A DNA stretch of 64,000 nt from Octopus vulgaris. Taxonomy: Eukaryota. The stretch is from contig OX597830.1 in the NCBI GenBank assembly GCA_951406725.2, positions 63,736,001 to 63,800,000 of the forward strand. The letters are read 5' to 3'. Shown piece after piece: positions 13,763 through 26,898 of the stretch. The notes below the pieces were generated by a model. That model had not been told where the DNA came from. It made no database searches and saw nothing but the letters and a program-made list of their open reading frames with translations. The position numbers and the translations under genes were made by a program. The first letter of the stretch is position 1, and each line of letters opens with the position of its first letter.

Positions 13763-14148
13763 TGGAAGCACTCCGTCGGTTACGACGACGAGGGTTCCGG
13801 TTGATCCGAATCAACGGAACAGCCTGCTCGTGAAATTAACGTGTAAGTGGCTGAGCACTCCACAGACACGTGTACCCTTAACGTAGTTCTCGGGGATATT
13901 CAGCGTGACACAGAGAGTGACAAGGCCGGCTCTTTTGAAGTACAGGTATAACAGAAACAGAAAGTAAGAGTGAGAGAAAGTTGTGGTGAAAGAGTACAGC
14001 AGGGATCACCACCATCCCTGCCGGAGCCTCGTGGAGCTTTTAGGTGTTTTCGCTCAATAAACACTCACAACGCCCGGTCTGGGAATCGAAACTTCGATCC
14101 TATAACCGCGAGTCCGCTGCCCTAACCACTGGGCCATTGCGCCTCCAC
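13763..14148 (-). mobile_element. SINE family C, full length, 11-bp TSD
   Basis: Reverse complement of 1266-1650. TSD ctatgactact at 13752-13762 and 14149-14159. Confidence 0.93.
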
Positions 14149-14275
14149 CTATGACTACTAACGACATCAACGCTGGTAGTGCTGGCAGTGGTCGTGATGA
14201 TGATGACAATGATGATGGTGGTGGTGGTGCTGATGATGGTTGTGGTGCTGGTGATTGTGATGGTGGGGGTGTTGT

Positions 14276-14316
<41 letters not shown>

Positions 14317-14358
14317 ATGACGGTGGTGGTGGCTATGGTGGTTGTAGCCGTGGTAATG

Positions 14359-14392
<34 letters not shown>

Positions 14393-14443
14393 GGTTGTGG
14401 TGGTGGTGGTCGTGGTGATTTAGTGATGATGGTGAATGTGTTA

Positions 14444-14474
<31 letters not shown>

Positions 14475-15082
14475 TTGTGGTGAGGATGATGATGATGATA
14501 ATGATGGTTGAGGTGGTGATATGTCCCTGAAATCAGGCCCTTTCCCGCAGCAACATGTAACCGTACAGCCCCCGAAAAATCAGGTCATCCGTGGTTAACC
14601 AAGACAACCCAGTTCATGGTGGGCAGGGTGGGGGTGCGTGGAAGTTAACCCAGTAACCCTAAAAACAACTGCTGTCAAAGTGGTGGCACAGGCTGGAATC
14701 ACTCCGTCACATAGAGAGAGCGAGAGAGAGAGCGAGAGAGAGAGAGCGAGAGAGAGAGAGAGAGAGAAAACTTCAAGGTGGACCGTGACCAACTGCAGCA
14801 CCAACAGCTGTCTCTAATCAGACATGCCATTAGTGACCCTCACCTGCAACGGTTGTATTATGGATATAGGGTGATTCGAGAAATAACGACGGTGGCGATC
14901 GAACTGGCGACGCTTTTTCCAAACTTATCCAACGCGTTAAGGAATTCCACCTCAAACTACCACCGTGTTGAATGTTACGGCACTCTGGCTAATGTGAGTG
15001 GTGGTGGTAGTTGTAGTGGTGGATAATGGTGGTGGTAGTGGTTGTGGCAGTGGTGGTGGTAGTGATTGCGGTGATTGTGGCA

Positions 15083-15128
<46 letters not shown>

Positions 15129-15142
15129 GTATATATATATAT

Positions 15143-15192
<50 letters not shown>

Positions 15193-15826
15193 GTATGTAT
15201 GTAGTGGTGGTGGTGGTAGTAGTGGTGGTAGTTGTGATGGTGGTGATAGTAATGATAGCGGTGGTGGTTGTGGTAGTAGAGAGGTGATAGTGGTGGGAGT
15301 GATGGTGGCGGTAGTAGTGTTGGAGTTGGTGATGGCAGTGGTGGTAGCGGTAGAGTTAGTGGTGGTGGTAGTAGCGGTGGCGGTTCTGGTGGTTGTGGCT
15401 GCAGTGGTAGTGGTGGGGGTGATGGTGGTGGCAGTAGTGGTGGTGTTGGTGATGGTAGTGATGGTAGTGGTTGTAGATGAGGTGGTAGTGGCGGTGGTGG
15501 TATTGGTAGTAGTATTAGTGGTGTTAGGTCATCTAATTATGTGGTAGCTATCACAAGTAAATATCTTTTAAAGTGAATTTTATTGGAAGTCGACCATTGA
15601 CAAAAAAGAAAAACTTCTTAAGACTAGAATCATACAACAGGGTTGTTGTTGTAGCTGTTGTTGTTGTTGTTCTTCTTCTTCTTCTTCTTCTTCTTTTCCT
15701 CCTCCTCCTCCTTCTCCTCCTCTCCTACTCTTCTGCTTCGCTTCCTTCTAAATACAAACCTGTTTCTACGTGTGTGTGTGTGTATGTGTGTATATACATA
15801 TGTGTTTATACGTACGTGTGTGTATG

Positions 15827-15873
<47 letters not shown>

Positions 15874-16282
15874 ATATGTATGTTACTCTATGTGTGTGTG
15901 TGTGTGCACACACACATATAGACAGATAAAGATATGTAGAAATATACATATATAGATTTGCACACAGACACATATACACACGTATGCACGTACGAGTATG
16001 TATGAGTGTATGCATCTACGTGCATAATTTACGTACGTATGCATGCATGCATGCATGTATGTATGTGTGTGCGTGTGGGGTGGATGGGCACACACACCAC
16101 ACATATACACATGAATAAATGTAGCTAAGTACATACGTACGCATGTATGAACGCGTGTGCATATTTATGTGCGTTCTATATAGAATTCTTAATAAAAAAA
16201 TTCAATTTAGTCTTTAATAAAAAAAATGAACTCACACTAAAGATGAAACTAAAAATTTATATAAATATATAAAAAAAACACC

Positions 16283-16886
16283 TGTCATGGAACCTGACAA
16301 ATCTTGACTTCTGTGGGATTTTTTTCTAATTAAAAAAACAAATTGGTTGTGATTTGTTTTATAGTATAGAATTTGTTATTTATTCCCGTGTAAATACCTC
16401 CATCGCCATCTCGTTCGCCTTCTCCTCCGCTGCCTGGCTCGTCGTCTCTTCCACCGTCTCGTTCACCGCGTTTCCCTCCGCTGCATCGTTCGTCGTTTCC
16501 TCCGCCGTCTAGTTCGTCGTCTCCCCCGGCTTCGTCGGTCGCCATCTCCTCCGCCGGCTCGTTCATTGTCCCCTCCGCCGCCGCCTCGGTCGCCGTCTCC
16601 ACCGCCACCTCGTTCGTTGTTCCCTCCGCCACCTCGTTCGTTGTTCCCTCCGCCACCTCGGTCGCCGTCTCCTCCGCCACTTCGTTCGTTGTGTCCCCCG
16701 CTTTTCTGGTAGCTTTCTCCTCCTCCGCCGCTTTCGTCGTCTCCTCCTCCGCCTCTTTCATCGTCTCCTCCGCCGTCTCGTTCGTCGTCTTCTCCTCCCT
16801 CTCTGTCAAACGAATCCAATTAAATGGCAACAGGATTGTTACTCTTGATGTTGTAAGGGTGATTATTTACTTATTTTGGTGTGACA
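16283..16886. mobile_element. Candidate solo LTR with GC-rich 24-bp minisatellite
   Basis: TGTCA...TGACA termini, and internal cctccgccacctcgttcgttgttc-type repeats at 16395-16800. No TSD seen. Confidence 0.4.
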
Positions 16887-16921
16887 CCTTACTTTTTAGA
16901 TTGGCACAATTTGAGGGTTCG

Positions 16922-17000
<79 letters not shown>

Positions 17001-17029
17001 CGAGTACTAATAATAAAATGGATACTAAA

Positions 17030-17303
17030 GTTTATATGCCAACAGAATGTGGCAGCCCTATAAAGGACGATGTTACTGTTGTTTTAGCCCCAGGAAAACA
17101 TCTTTTCCAGCTGGCCATCGACACAGTTTGTGTCCGTATAGTGTTTGCAAGGGAGGTCATCGCTTCCATCTCTATCTAATCTTACGTGATACTCATAGAG
17201 CTAGGTTTCTGAGTGGTTATCCGTCCTCAGTGTAAGAAAATCACAAGCTAGCGACGGAAGCTCTCTTCACTCGCAAATACTATATATTCTTTAAGCGACA
17301 CAC
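17030..17303 (+). repeat. Unclassified dispersed repeat (second copy 33934-34182)
   Basis: Two diverged co-linear copies. The gaatgtggc..gttactg..tttagccccagg motif also occurs at about 34795-34855. Confidence 0.8.
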
Positions 17304-17318
17304 AGTTGCTGATCTCTC

Positions 17319-17390
<72 letters not shown>

Positions 17391-17438
17391 AAACGTATAT
17401 ACATACATATATTTATGTGTGTGTGTATATATCTATTT

Positions 17439-17637
17439 CACTCTTTTACTTGTTTCAGTCATGTGACTGTGCCCATGCTGGAGCACATCCTTTAGTTGAG
17501 CAAATCGACCCCAGTACTTATTCTTTGTAAGCCTAGTACTTATTCTATTGGTCTTTTGCCGAACCGCTAATCTACGGGGACGGAAACACACCAGCATCGG
17601 TTGTCAAGCGATATTGGTAAGGACAAACACAGACACA

Positions 17638-17679
<42 letters not shown>

Positions 17680-17682
17680 CAT

Positions 17683-17729
<47 letters not shown>

Positions 17730-17882
17730 TATATACGACGGGCTTCTTTCAGTTTCCGTCTACCAAATCCACTCACAAGGCTTTGGTTGGCCCGAGGCTA
17801 TAGTAGAAGACAGTTGCCCAAGGTGCCACGCAGTAGGACTGAACCCGGAACCATGTGCTTCGTAAGCAAGCTACTTACACAC
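17439..17882 (-). mobile_element. SINE family A
   Basis: Both halves present around an internal (CA)n(TA)n. Confidence 0.88.
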
Positions 17883-17924
17883 ACGTATACACATCTATGC
17901 ATATATATGTATACACGTACTCTC

Positions 17925-18130
17925 TTGGGGTGCACGGATCAAACAGTTTTCCTTAGTCTTTGCAGACGTGAATTGGCCTCTTCTCGGTACACACGATTTG
18001 TATCCGGTGCTTTCCTGCACCGCAATTCCGTTTGTTCACTCCGACACCTGAAGTTCTTTGATGATAGCCATCATTGATTTTCCGAGAGCATCATCGATTA
18101 GGCTTTGAACCTGTTGGAAGGGTTGTGGAG
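17925..18130 (-). pseudogene. Tc1/mariner transposase N-terminal (HTH) fragment
   Basis: QSLIDD..GKSM.AI.KELQVSE...YKS...RRGQF.S.KTKEN.LIRA. Confidence 0.65.
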
Positions 18131-18198
18131 TCTTTATAGTTACCGAACGTTTAAAATGTTTATTTTTTCTTTTTGTTACAATTGAAATATTCCCGCCA

Positions 18199-18742
18199 TT
18201 GAAATTTTTTTCCCACGAGAGTTCTGGACCCCCAATTATGAACTCATTTGCATACAGCCAGAGCTCAACTGTCTAACTTATGAGCGCAAAACAAGTGATG
18301 GGCGATAAGATAAGGTCACTTGGGTAAGGAATGACCTTGCTTCTTTTCACTTTTAAGAATGCTTGTTGTTCTTGTTCTTGTTTCAACCATGGCTGCCTCT
18401 GCGTAGTTATTTGTGTTGTTGTTTATTTTTTAAAATAGTAAGGGGGAGGGTTGCTAGTATATCACCCTCTACCCACATTTTCCCATCCACATCGTTACCA
18501 TATGGGGCCCTAACAAAATCCGATAATAGGTATAGATGCAAATCTATCTACTTTCTTGTCTCTTTGTAAAATCAGGCATAACTTAGCGGTCGGTCAACTT
18601 ACAAAACCGTTCTTCGTCCTGAGTTTACTTGGTAGAGTGTGTTTGTTAACTTGACAACAAGGTGAAGGTGAGCTCTGATTGGCTGTATGCAAACGAGTTC
18701 AATACTGGGGTCCGGAACTCACGTGGGGAAAAACAATTTCGA
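18199..18742. mobile_element. Non-autonomous DNA transposon with long TIRs and 9-bp TSD (Mutator-like)
   Basis: About 70-bp imperfect TIRs. ttcccgcca is duplicated at 18190-18198 and 18743-18751. Confidence 0.78.
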
Positions 18743-18957
18743 TTCCCGCCAAAGTCTTCCAATTCCGTCCGAATTTTGTATACAAAAGATCTTGCAACAT
18801 TTTCAAAGTTAGCAGTTTCTAAATTGCTGTATTCTGCGTAAATGGCAAAAAAGACTATGCTTTTTCATTTCCTGTGTTAGCATTTTATCTGCCATGGGGC
18901 ATCTGACAGAAATGAACCAAATGTTTTATCCTGTTTAAACCATCGTCAGGACATACC

Positions 18958-19188
18958 TATTTCTTTATTGCCCACAAGGGGCTAAACACAGAGGGGACGA
19001 ACAAGGACAGACAAACGGTTTAAGTCGATTATATCAACCCCAGTGCGTAACTGGTACTTAATCTATCGACCCCGAAAGGATGAAAGGCAAAGTCGACCTC
19101 GGCGGAATTTGAACTCAGAACGTAGCGGCTGACGAAATACTGCTAAGCATTTCGCCCGGTGTGCTAACGTTTCTGCCATCTCGCCGCC
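18958..19188 (-). mobile_element. SINE family B monomer with 10-bp TSD
   Basis: TSD aggacatacc at 18948-18957 and 19189-19198. Confidence 0.92.
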
Positions 19189-19404
19189 AGGACATACCAG
19201 CACAAGGTTTTTACACTATTGTCATGGACTGACAATTCTGCTCGCCTCCAAAATGGTTTAAGTATGCAATGTTGATAAACAACGAAAATGGCGAAGCAGC
19301 GATGTCCATAGATCCTGAATGGGATTTGTGGTAAGTTGTCTCGCCTAAGACATTCAAGTGTTTTAACATGTGTCGTTGGGAGAGAGTCGTCTCCACCGCG
19401 TCAA

Positions 19405-19795
19405 ATCGCAGAAACGTTAGCACGCCGGGCGAAATGCGTAGCCGTATTTCGTCTGCCGTTACGTTCTGAGTTCAAATTCCGCCGAGGTCGACTTTGCCTT
19501 TTATCCTTTCGGGGTCGATAGATTAAGTACCAGTTACGCACTGGGGTCGATATAATCGACTTAATCCGTTTGTCTGTCCTTGTTTGTCCTCTCTGTGTTT
19601 AGCCCCTTGTGGGTATTAAAGAAATAGGTATTTCGTCTATCTTTACATTCTGAGTTCAAATTCCGCGGAGGTCGGACTTTGCCTTTCATCCTTTTGGGGT
19701 AGATAAATTAAGTACCAGTTGCGTACTGGGGTCGATACAATCGACTGGTCCCCTACCCCAAAATTTCAGGCCTTGTGCCTAGAATACAAAAGGAT
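19405..19795 (+). mobile_element. SINE family B, dimeric form
   Basis: Same sequence as 7060-7459, missing the first few nt. Confidence 0.9.
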
Positions 19796-19892
19796 ATGCA
19801 TAAGATCCTGTTAAGGTAGAACGATGGAATATTTCCAATGCAGCACTCAACCCGCTCATTAAATGTCCGATCTTTCTTTGCCTTCTTATTTG

Positions 19893-19942
<50 letters not shown>

Positions 19943-19946
<4 letters not shown>

Positions 19947-20413
19947 GTTGTCGTTTTGATAAAGAAATAAGTCAACATTTTAATATCCTAAAGCTGATGA
20001 ACCTTCGAATTTAATATTTCAATATTTAATTATTGATGGGGTCCTATGCTGATGAGGAAAGCGGTTGGTAAAGTATCATTCTATATTCTTTATTCCAATC
20101 TAATTCCGAAACGCGCGTCCATAGGTGACCAGATATTGATTGATTTTCGTTACTTTTCCTCTCTGCCTGTGTGGATTGTTTTCAAGTATTTTGGTTTTTC
20201 TGGGAGTCCCTTTTTAAAGTAGAAGAAATAGCTAACGTTTTTTGGCTGCTATTTCTAAACTTCGGTATGTGATAAAGCAAATATTTACTGAACCCTAATT
20301 ATTAAGTATTACTTAAGTTTACCATTAATTGGTCCTTTTTTCATGCCGAATTCTACTTAGTGAAATTATTGATTACTTCTTAATTAATTAATTTTACCCT
20401 TTGTTATTATTGA
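19943..20413 (+). mobile_element. HHR-bearing PLE-terminus-like module inserted in (TA)n
   Basis: Flanked by (TA)n on both sides and contains the 20043 HHR. Its 3' end (..ctactt.gtgaaatta..aattttaccct..ttattattga) recurs at 22050-22130 and 29245-29335. Confidence 0.7.
20043..20125 (+). ncRNA. Type I hammerhead ribozyme motif, canonical core
   Basis: Stem I cctatg/catagg; CTGATGA at 20049; stem II GGAA...TTCC with a long extension; GAAAC-GCGC-GTC (palindromic stem III). Predicted cleavage after C20119. Confidence 0.88.
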
Positions 20414-20429
20414 TATATATATATATATA

Positions 20430-20662
20430 GTAGATGTACTTGCATAGCAAGTGACCGGATCTGAGATCGTGTGCTGAAACAAAAACAATTTCAGCGTGGA
20501 AGGTGTTTGTAAGAGGTGCAGCACGGAATTTTGTGAGTGATCAGGTCGCGGTCTCAAAGCGACGAAAACATTTTGACAAATTTAATTTAAATGTTGAAGT
20601 GAATCTAAAGGTTTTTTTATTATGTTTTAAATGGCTTATAAACACCTTCCAAGTTGAAATTG

Positions 20663-20663
<1 letters not shown>
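20430..20663 (+). mobile_element. PLE-terminus-like module with internal inversion, in (TA)n
   Basis: Inverted repeat 20485-20513 / 20635-20663. Contains the G3-C8 HHR-like motif. TA flanks. Confidence 0.55.
20530..20580 (+). ncRNA. Hammerhead-like motif with swapped G3-C8 core
   Basis: tttgtga GTGATCA g gtcgc ggtctcaaa gcgac GAAA a ca t t t tgacaaa. Stem I is 6/7 paired and stem II has 5 bp. Confidence 0.6.
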
Positions 20664-20717
<54 letters not shown>

Positions 20718-20785
20718 GCACACACATATATATGTGTATGTATATGTATTTATATGTATATATATGTGTGTATATACATATACAT

Positions 20786-20854
<69 letters not shown>

Positions 20855-21187
20855 CATATATATATTTGCCTAATTTGTTTTACTTCATCGGTTATCAATA
20901 AACCAACCATAACTAAGGATAGGCCGTTCAAAACAATTGATGACCAATTAGATTGCGTAACTGAACAAGAATATCTCCTCTCCACTTCCCGCAAGATTTC
21001 AACTTCTGCATAAAGAAAAAAATAACCGAGAAATAAACATATCGCATGTTTATATGAAAATATATATAAGTCTGTGTATTATTGTTTTAATTATATCATA
21101 TAATTATAATGATACAAACTATTGCACTAATCCTCCCTTAAACACAACTAATATGTAGGTACCTATGAGTATTTTTGAGTGGAAATA

Positions 21188-21303
<116 letters not shown>

Positions 21304-21514
21304 CAGTTTCATTCTTACGTAACTGAAATAACTTTAAGACATATTGATTTTATAAATTTCAATATTACTCCTCTTATAACTTTCTCATACCTCTGTTTAT
21401 ATTTTATCTAATATGAATAATATGATGCATCTAATAATAATTGATTCTTTTGTATGCATATACATGCAAATATGCATGTACATTTAAGCGTAGGTATATG
21501 TATTTATGTATATT

Positions 21515-21577
<63 letters not shown>

Positions 21578-21631
21578 AAGTATGTATATGTGTGTGTGTT
21601 CATATTTATAACTTAACCTTATGTACTTTCT

Positions 21632-21767
21632 AAAATCTCCGACGAAGCCTAGAGAAACACCCAAGTACCTGAATTTCATCTACTAACTAATTACTTCAGT
21701 CTACAGGAGGGATAAAATTAGAATGATGTATTTTTGCCTCTTGGCTGAAACAGCTGTAAGGTATTTT
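21632..21767 (+). ncRNA. Degenerate hammerhead motif with long stem II
   Basis: aaaatct CCGACGA AGCC tagag...ctctt GGCT GAAAC AGCT GTA aggtatttt. The core has a U4>C change. Confidence 0.55.
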
Positions 21768-21961
21768 CCAAAGTTCTATTCCTGTATGTTATATATTTTA
21801 ATAATTACTGGTATCTTTATATATCATATATGTAAAGCATAATATGTTATACATGTATGTATATTGTTGTAATTGTCATTTTAGTAAATTAATTAATAAA
21901 TTGACATAATATAATGTCTAAAAGTTGATGAATACCACCCATATATATATATATATATATA

Positions 21962-22126
21962 TAAACACTACGTTATATAATTAGGGTTCAGCAAAAAAAT
22001 TTACTTTACCACACACCGAACTTTTAGAAATAGCAGCCAATACCGTAAATGGTCTTTTTACATACTGAACACTACTTGGTAAAATTATTAATTAATAATC
22101 AATTAATTTTACCCTTATTATTATTG

Positions 22127-22130
<4 letters not shown>
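21962..22130 (+). mobile_element. Short copy of the 19943 family with inverted 5' segment
   Basis: 21979-22040 is a diverged reverse complement of 20242-20300, joined to a direct-orientation 3' end. Flanked by (TA)n. Confidence 0.7.
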
Positions 22131-22181
<51 letters not shown>

Positions 22182-22963
22182 GTAATACATATACACCTAC
22201 ATACGTATATGCGTACAATGATACAATACTAACAACATGCTTGTAAACAACACACACACACACACACACACACATTTTTACTCAAACGCCTAAACAGAGG
22301 TTGTTACCTGTTACTAAATAACGTAGAGTTTTTTTAGCCTAGTAAACAGCTAACATTTCATGGCGAAAGAAAAATGTAGCTGCGAGCGGTTTTTTGCTTC
22401 AAAAAATAACTTTTCACTGAACTGTTAATAGTAATATTGTCAATCAATCGTGAATTTTATTATTTTATTATATTTTAAAAATATGCTAATTTTTCATACC
22501 CACGCTTTACAGTGTTGTGTAGATGTTTAGTGATGCTTTCATCACTACTTTGGCAAATGCAGTAAAAATCTATGTTTTGTTGAAGAGGTTAAACAATACC
22601 GAAACATGTCGAGTGTTGCCTCCCGTATTTTGAACTTATGTAATATTTATCAACGAGAGCGTCATCAACAACAGCAACAACAATGGCTGTAATAACAATA
22701 ATAATGTTCGGTCGTCTACCTTAAAAGCAACAACGAGAGACCCAGAACCAAAGACTGAGAAAGCAAGAAAAAAAAATAAAGAAACAAATAAATCAGAAGA
22801 AAACGAAAGAAGGAAAGAAAGACAGAATGGAGTGATGCCTGTTTTAATGAACGATTTCTAGGGAGACAGACAACAACAACGAAGAAACAACACAAAAACA
22901 TCAACAATAGCAACTTCAAAGGGACTACGAAGCACGCACACACACAGCGAGAGGGAGAGATAG

Positions 22964-23012
<49 letters not shown>

Positions 23013-23917
23013 GAGAATTGTGAGAGATATTCACAGATACAGTCAGACTACACATACATGCACACACACAGACACATACACATACACATACCCATCGCAT
23101 ACACACGCACACACAGACGACAAGATGCAGCGTGAATTAAGCACAAATCGATCCACGAGCATTTACCATTTATTGTCAGCGTTCAAAGACACAAAAACAT
23201 CGTCTGCTGCAGTCAAAACATCACATCACTAACGTATCAATTACACATCTCTATCACAGTTCTAAATTAGTCCCAGCGATCATTAACGTTATCGTAACTT
23301 TGTCAAACAACACCGGTCTGCACACAAGTGACCACTACCATCAACCGATGCTCCAATGTTCTACTTACGACCCTCTTTTGGGACCCGTCATTTCTGTATT
23401 TTATCAGAAATGCGCTACTAAATATTTTCCCATTCAGCTTAGTTCTTTCTTGATCTTGTTTTTTTTTTTGTTTAAATTACCCCACACCTCGTTTCCTCTT
23501 TTAATGTTTCGTTTTTGTTTTGTGTGTCGTATTGTATATCGATATTTCCAGAGAATTCGATAGAATTTGGTGTCAATCGATACTTCCACTGACCACCTAC
23601 GTGATTGATTTATGTGATATAATGGCGACCGCCTACCTTGTTATGCAACGAACCAACCGACGCCTCCTTCCAATATGGCGGCTGCTGTTGCTGTCGCGAT
23701 CGCACTATCGCCTTCCTGATCTTTGTACCTCTTTAGATATACGCTTTCTGTTCTAATTTAGCGAAAACATTAGAGAGGAACATTGTCTTAATTATTATGG
23801 CATCATAGCAAAACCAATAAAGGCATGACTATACACGTACGCTTGTATATAAAATGATATAAATGTTTCGATTGGACTAATTAAGATGAGCCTTCTGAGG
23901 TTCATAAGTGTCTAGTT

Positions 23918-23982
<65 letters not shown>

Positions 23983-24319
23983 CACACACACATACACACA
24001 CGCACACACACATGTATTCATATTACATATGAATAATATGTATATGTATATATATATGTGTATGTGTGTGTGAATATATAATATATATATATATAATATA
24101 TTCACACACACATATACATATATCTATATACATTTATATACATATGTATGTTTATATACGATACATATAAGTGTGAACGTGTAAATGTGTGTGTGTATGT
24201 TCGCGCGCGCGCGCATTCATATATATTTCAATGTTTAGTTCCATTTCGTAGTACGACTATTCGACTTGCAGTTTGTTGCCATGTTCATATTTTTTGGTAT
24301 AAAATGACCATATAATGAC

Positions 24320-24394
<75 letters not shown>

Positions 24395-24459
24395 AATAAT
24401 AATAATAATAATAATATTAATAATGATAATAATAATAGTAATAATAATAATAATAATAA

Positions 24460-24719
24460 TCCTATCATAACAATTCCTATCATAGTAGGTGCATTAGGCA
24501 TGATAAAAAAATATTCAGACAAATACATAACAAAAACACCAGGACTTACAAACACATATAACATACAGAAAATTGCACTACTGGGCACTGCACACATCCT
24601 ACGCAGAACACTCTCAATACAGTAACCATCAGAGCATCACAACAAATCACAGCACATACCCAAGGCACACAGAGCTGCGTTCGGTAGTGAAGTGAAAGCA
24701 CGCTATAAAAATAAAACTA

Positions 24720-24723
<4 letters not shown>
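24460..24723 (+). mobile_element. R4/Dong-like LINE 3' end (same family as 56453)
   Basis: PIIVGALGMIKK...LLGTAHILRRTL*, with a near-identical 3' UTR ending aaactactg(aat)n. Confidence 0.88.
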
Positions 24724-24792
<69 letters not shown>

Positions 24793-24793
<1 letters not shown>

Positions 24794-26004
24794 GTTGGAA
24801 TACTGGAAGCAGACGAGACAAAAAAATTAAGAAATAGAACAAATTACCACTAAGGAGTACACAAAGAGAATCAGAAATGGATTGCAGTCAAAGCTGAATT
24901 CTAAAATTCTTATTGAAGCAAGAAATTCAAGAGTTGGAGTTATAGACTGGACCGGAAATGATATAAAGAGACTTGACATGGAGCCCACAATCCGAAAGCT
25001 GATACTTGAGGAGAGATCAGGCTGGAAGAGGAACAATGGCAGTAGAAAAATGTGTACAGATGGATAGAGGAAGTTTAGCGCAGAAAATCTTCTAAAGACG
25101 CTTAATAAAGAACAGGTGATGAAGCGCGCAATAGGAGAAAAGGACAAGAACGAAATGCTAAGAGAGCACGTCAGACAGGTCGAAGAGAAACTTCTGCATG
25201 GCCAAATTTGGAGAGCCACTGAAGATGTATGTGGAACAAAATCCTGGGCTTGGTTAAGAAAGGGACAATTAAAAAAAGAAACAGAGAGCCTATTTGTAGC
25301 AGCCCAAGATCAAGCGATAAAAACAAACAACTTTAGAAAAAATATATATGGAGAGAATATGTTAGAAAAAATGTAGAGCCTGTGGAAATTGGAATGAGAC
25401 AGTGACACACACATTGTGGAAGAATGCCCCACGTTGGCAGAGGAAGAATATAAGAAATGGAGTCAGGGCCAGGTTATACAGTGGAAACCGTGCCAGAAAT
25501 AAGGATTTGAAGAAGGAGACACACGGTACAATCATCGAGTCGGAAGAGAACTGGAGTTTGAGAAATGTCAGATTTTGTGGGACTTTCCTATTCAAACGGA
25601 CAAGAAATTAGAATATGATAGACCAGATATAAAGATTGTAGATTGGGAAAAGCAAAGTTTCTTACATATCGACCCATCGTGCCCTTTTGATTCCAGGATC
25701 GTAAAGAAAGAGGAAGAAAAACAAAACAAAAAAATATAGAATCCCTTAAAGTTTGAAATAGGAAGAATTTGGAGCATGCGAACAGTAAAGGTCATGCCTA
25801 TAATAATTGGTGCATTGGGAACAGTAACCCAAGATATAGATAAATGGCTGAAGGAGAAATTTTGTCTGTGAGAGACAGCAAGGATTATCAGGAGGGTTTT
25901 AAGCACTTGAAAGACTGCTGTAAACTTGAGGATACCTAAGATTACAGGCAGTAACCTGCTATCCACACAGTTCTTACCAGGAATAAGACCGAACCTGAGC
26001 CAAA
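24793..26004 (+). mobile_element. R4/Dong-like LINE, decayed 3' half
   Basis: LHGQ, WLRKGQLKKETESLFVAAQDQ, C..C..ETVTHIV.EC, DRPDI, IIIGALG, with frameshifts. Between (TAA)n arrays. Confidence 0.85.
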
Positions 26005-26005
26005 C

Positions 26006-26049
<44 letters not shown>

Positions 26050-26051
<2 letters not shown>

Positions 26052-26200
26052 GGTTTCAAATCTTGGCATAAGGCCAGCAATTTCGGGGGAATGGGTAAGT
26101 CGATTACATCGACCCCCAGAGCTCAGCTGCGGTCGATGTAATCTTGTTTTATCGACTCCGAAAGGTTGAAATGCCAAGTCAACCCCAAAGGAATTTAACA
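26050..26200 (-). mobile_element. SINE family B 3' fragment
   Basis: gtcgattacatcgacccc...ttatcgactccgaaagg. Confidence 0.65.
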
Positions 26201-26702
26201 AAACTGTCCAACGACGGGAACGTGAAACTCTGAGTAACAGCTTTTGTTATATTTCTGCTGCTTTCAAATAAAGTATATATATATATATATATATATATAT
26301 TCCTTTTTTTGTCACGGTCAGAAACTGATTCTAAGGCTGTTTGTCCAAGATTTATTTACACGCCCTTTAAGATGATTACAGCAAAGCCAACGCAACCTGT
26401 TGCAGAGTTAACCGCCTTTTTCTCTCTTTTTTTTTTTTTATCTATTGTTGATAATAGATCTGCTTTTCCAATATCAGTGTTATTGATAAATCGGTGCTTC
26501 TCTACTAGACTGAACTGGGAACGTTGAAAGCCTGACAGGCGCACAAATATTTGCTTACATACCAGGGAGGTGATAAAAATGATGGCATTGAAGTGTATGG
26601 GCGACCGTGTGTGTGTGTGTTTTGTGCGTTTGTGCCTATGACTAGTGTATGATTTATAAATATAAATATATATATACATACATACACATATATGTATATA
26701 TA

Positions 26703-26770
<68 letters not shown>

Positions 26771-26860
26771 CACATACATAAGCATATATATGATATAATA
26801 TATATATATGCACGAATCAAAATATACTCAATAATAAACAAAAGTTAGCTATAATTAATT

Positions 26861-26898
<38 letters not shown>

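Noticed and set aside
14556-14979. Solo LTR (tgtaac...gttacg)
   Set aside because: The terminus is not CA, and there is no TSD or second copy. Left unclassified.
16330-16830. E/A/T-rich 166-aa ORF as a structural or antifreeze-like protein
   Set aside because: Explained by a 24-bp minisatellite. An overlapping frame is equally open.
19996-20012. CTGATGA as a second hammerhead core
   Set aside because: No stem II-GAAA closure follows.
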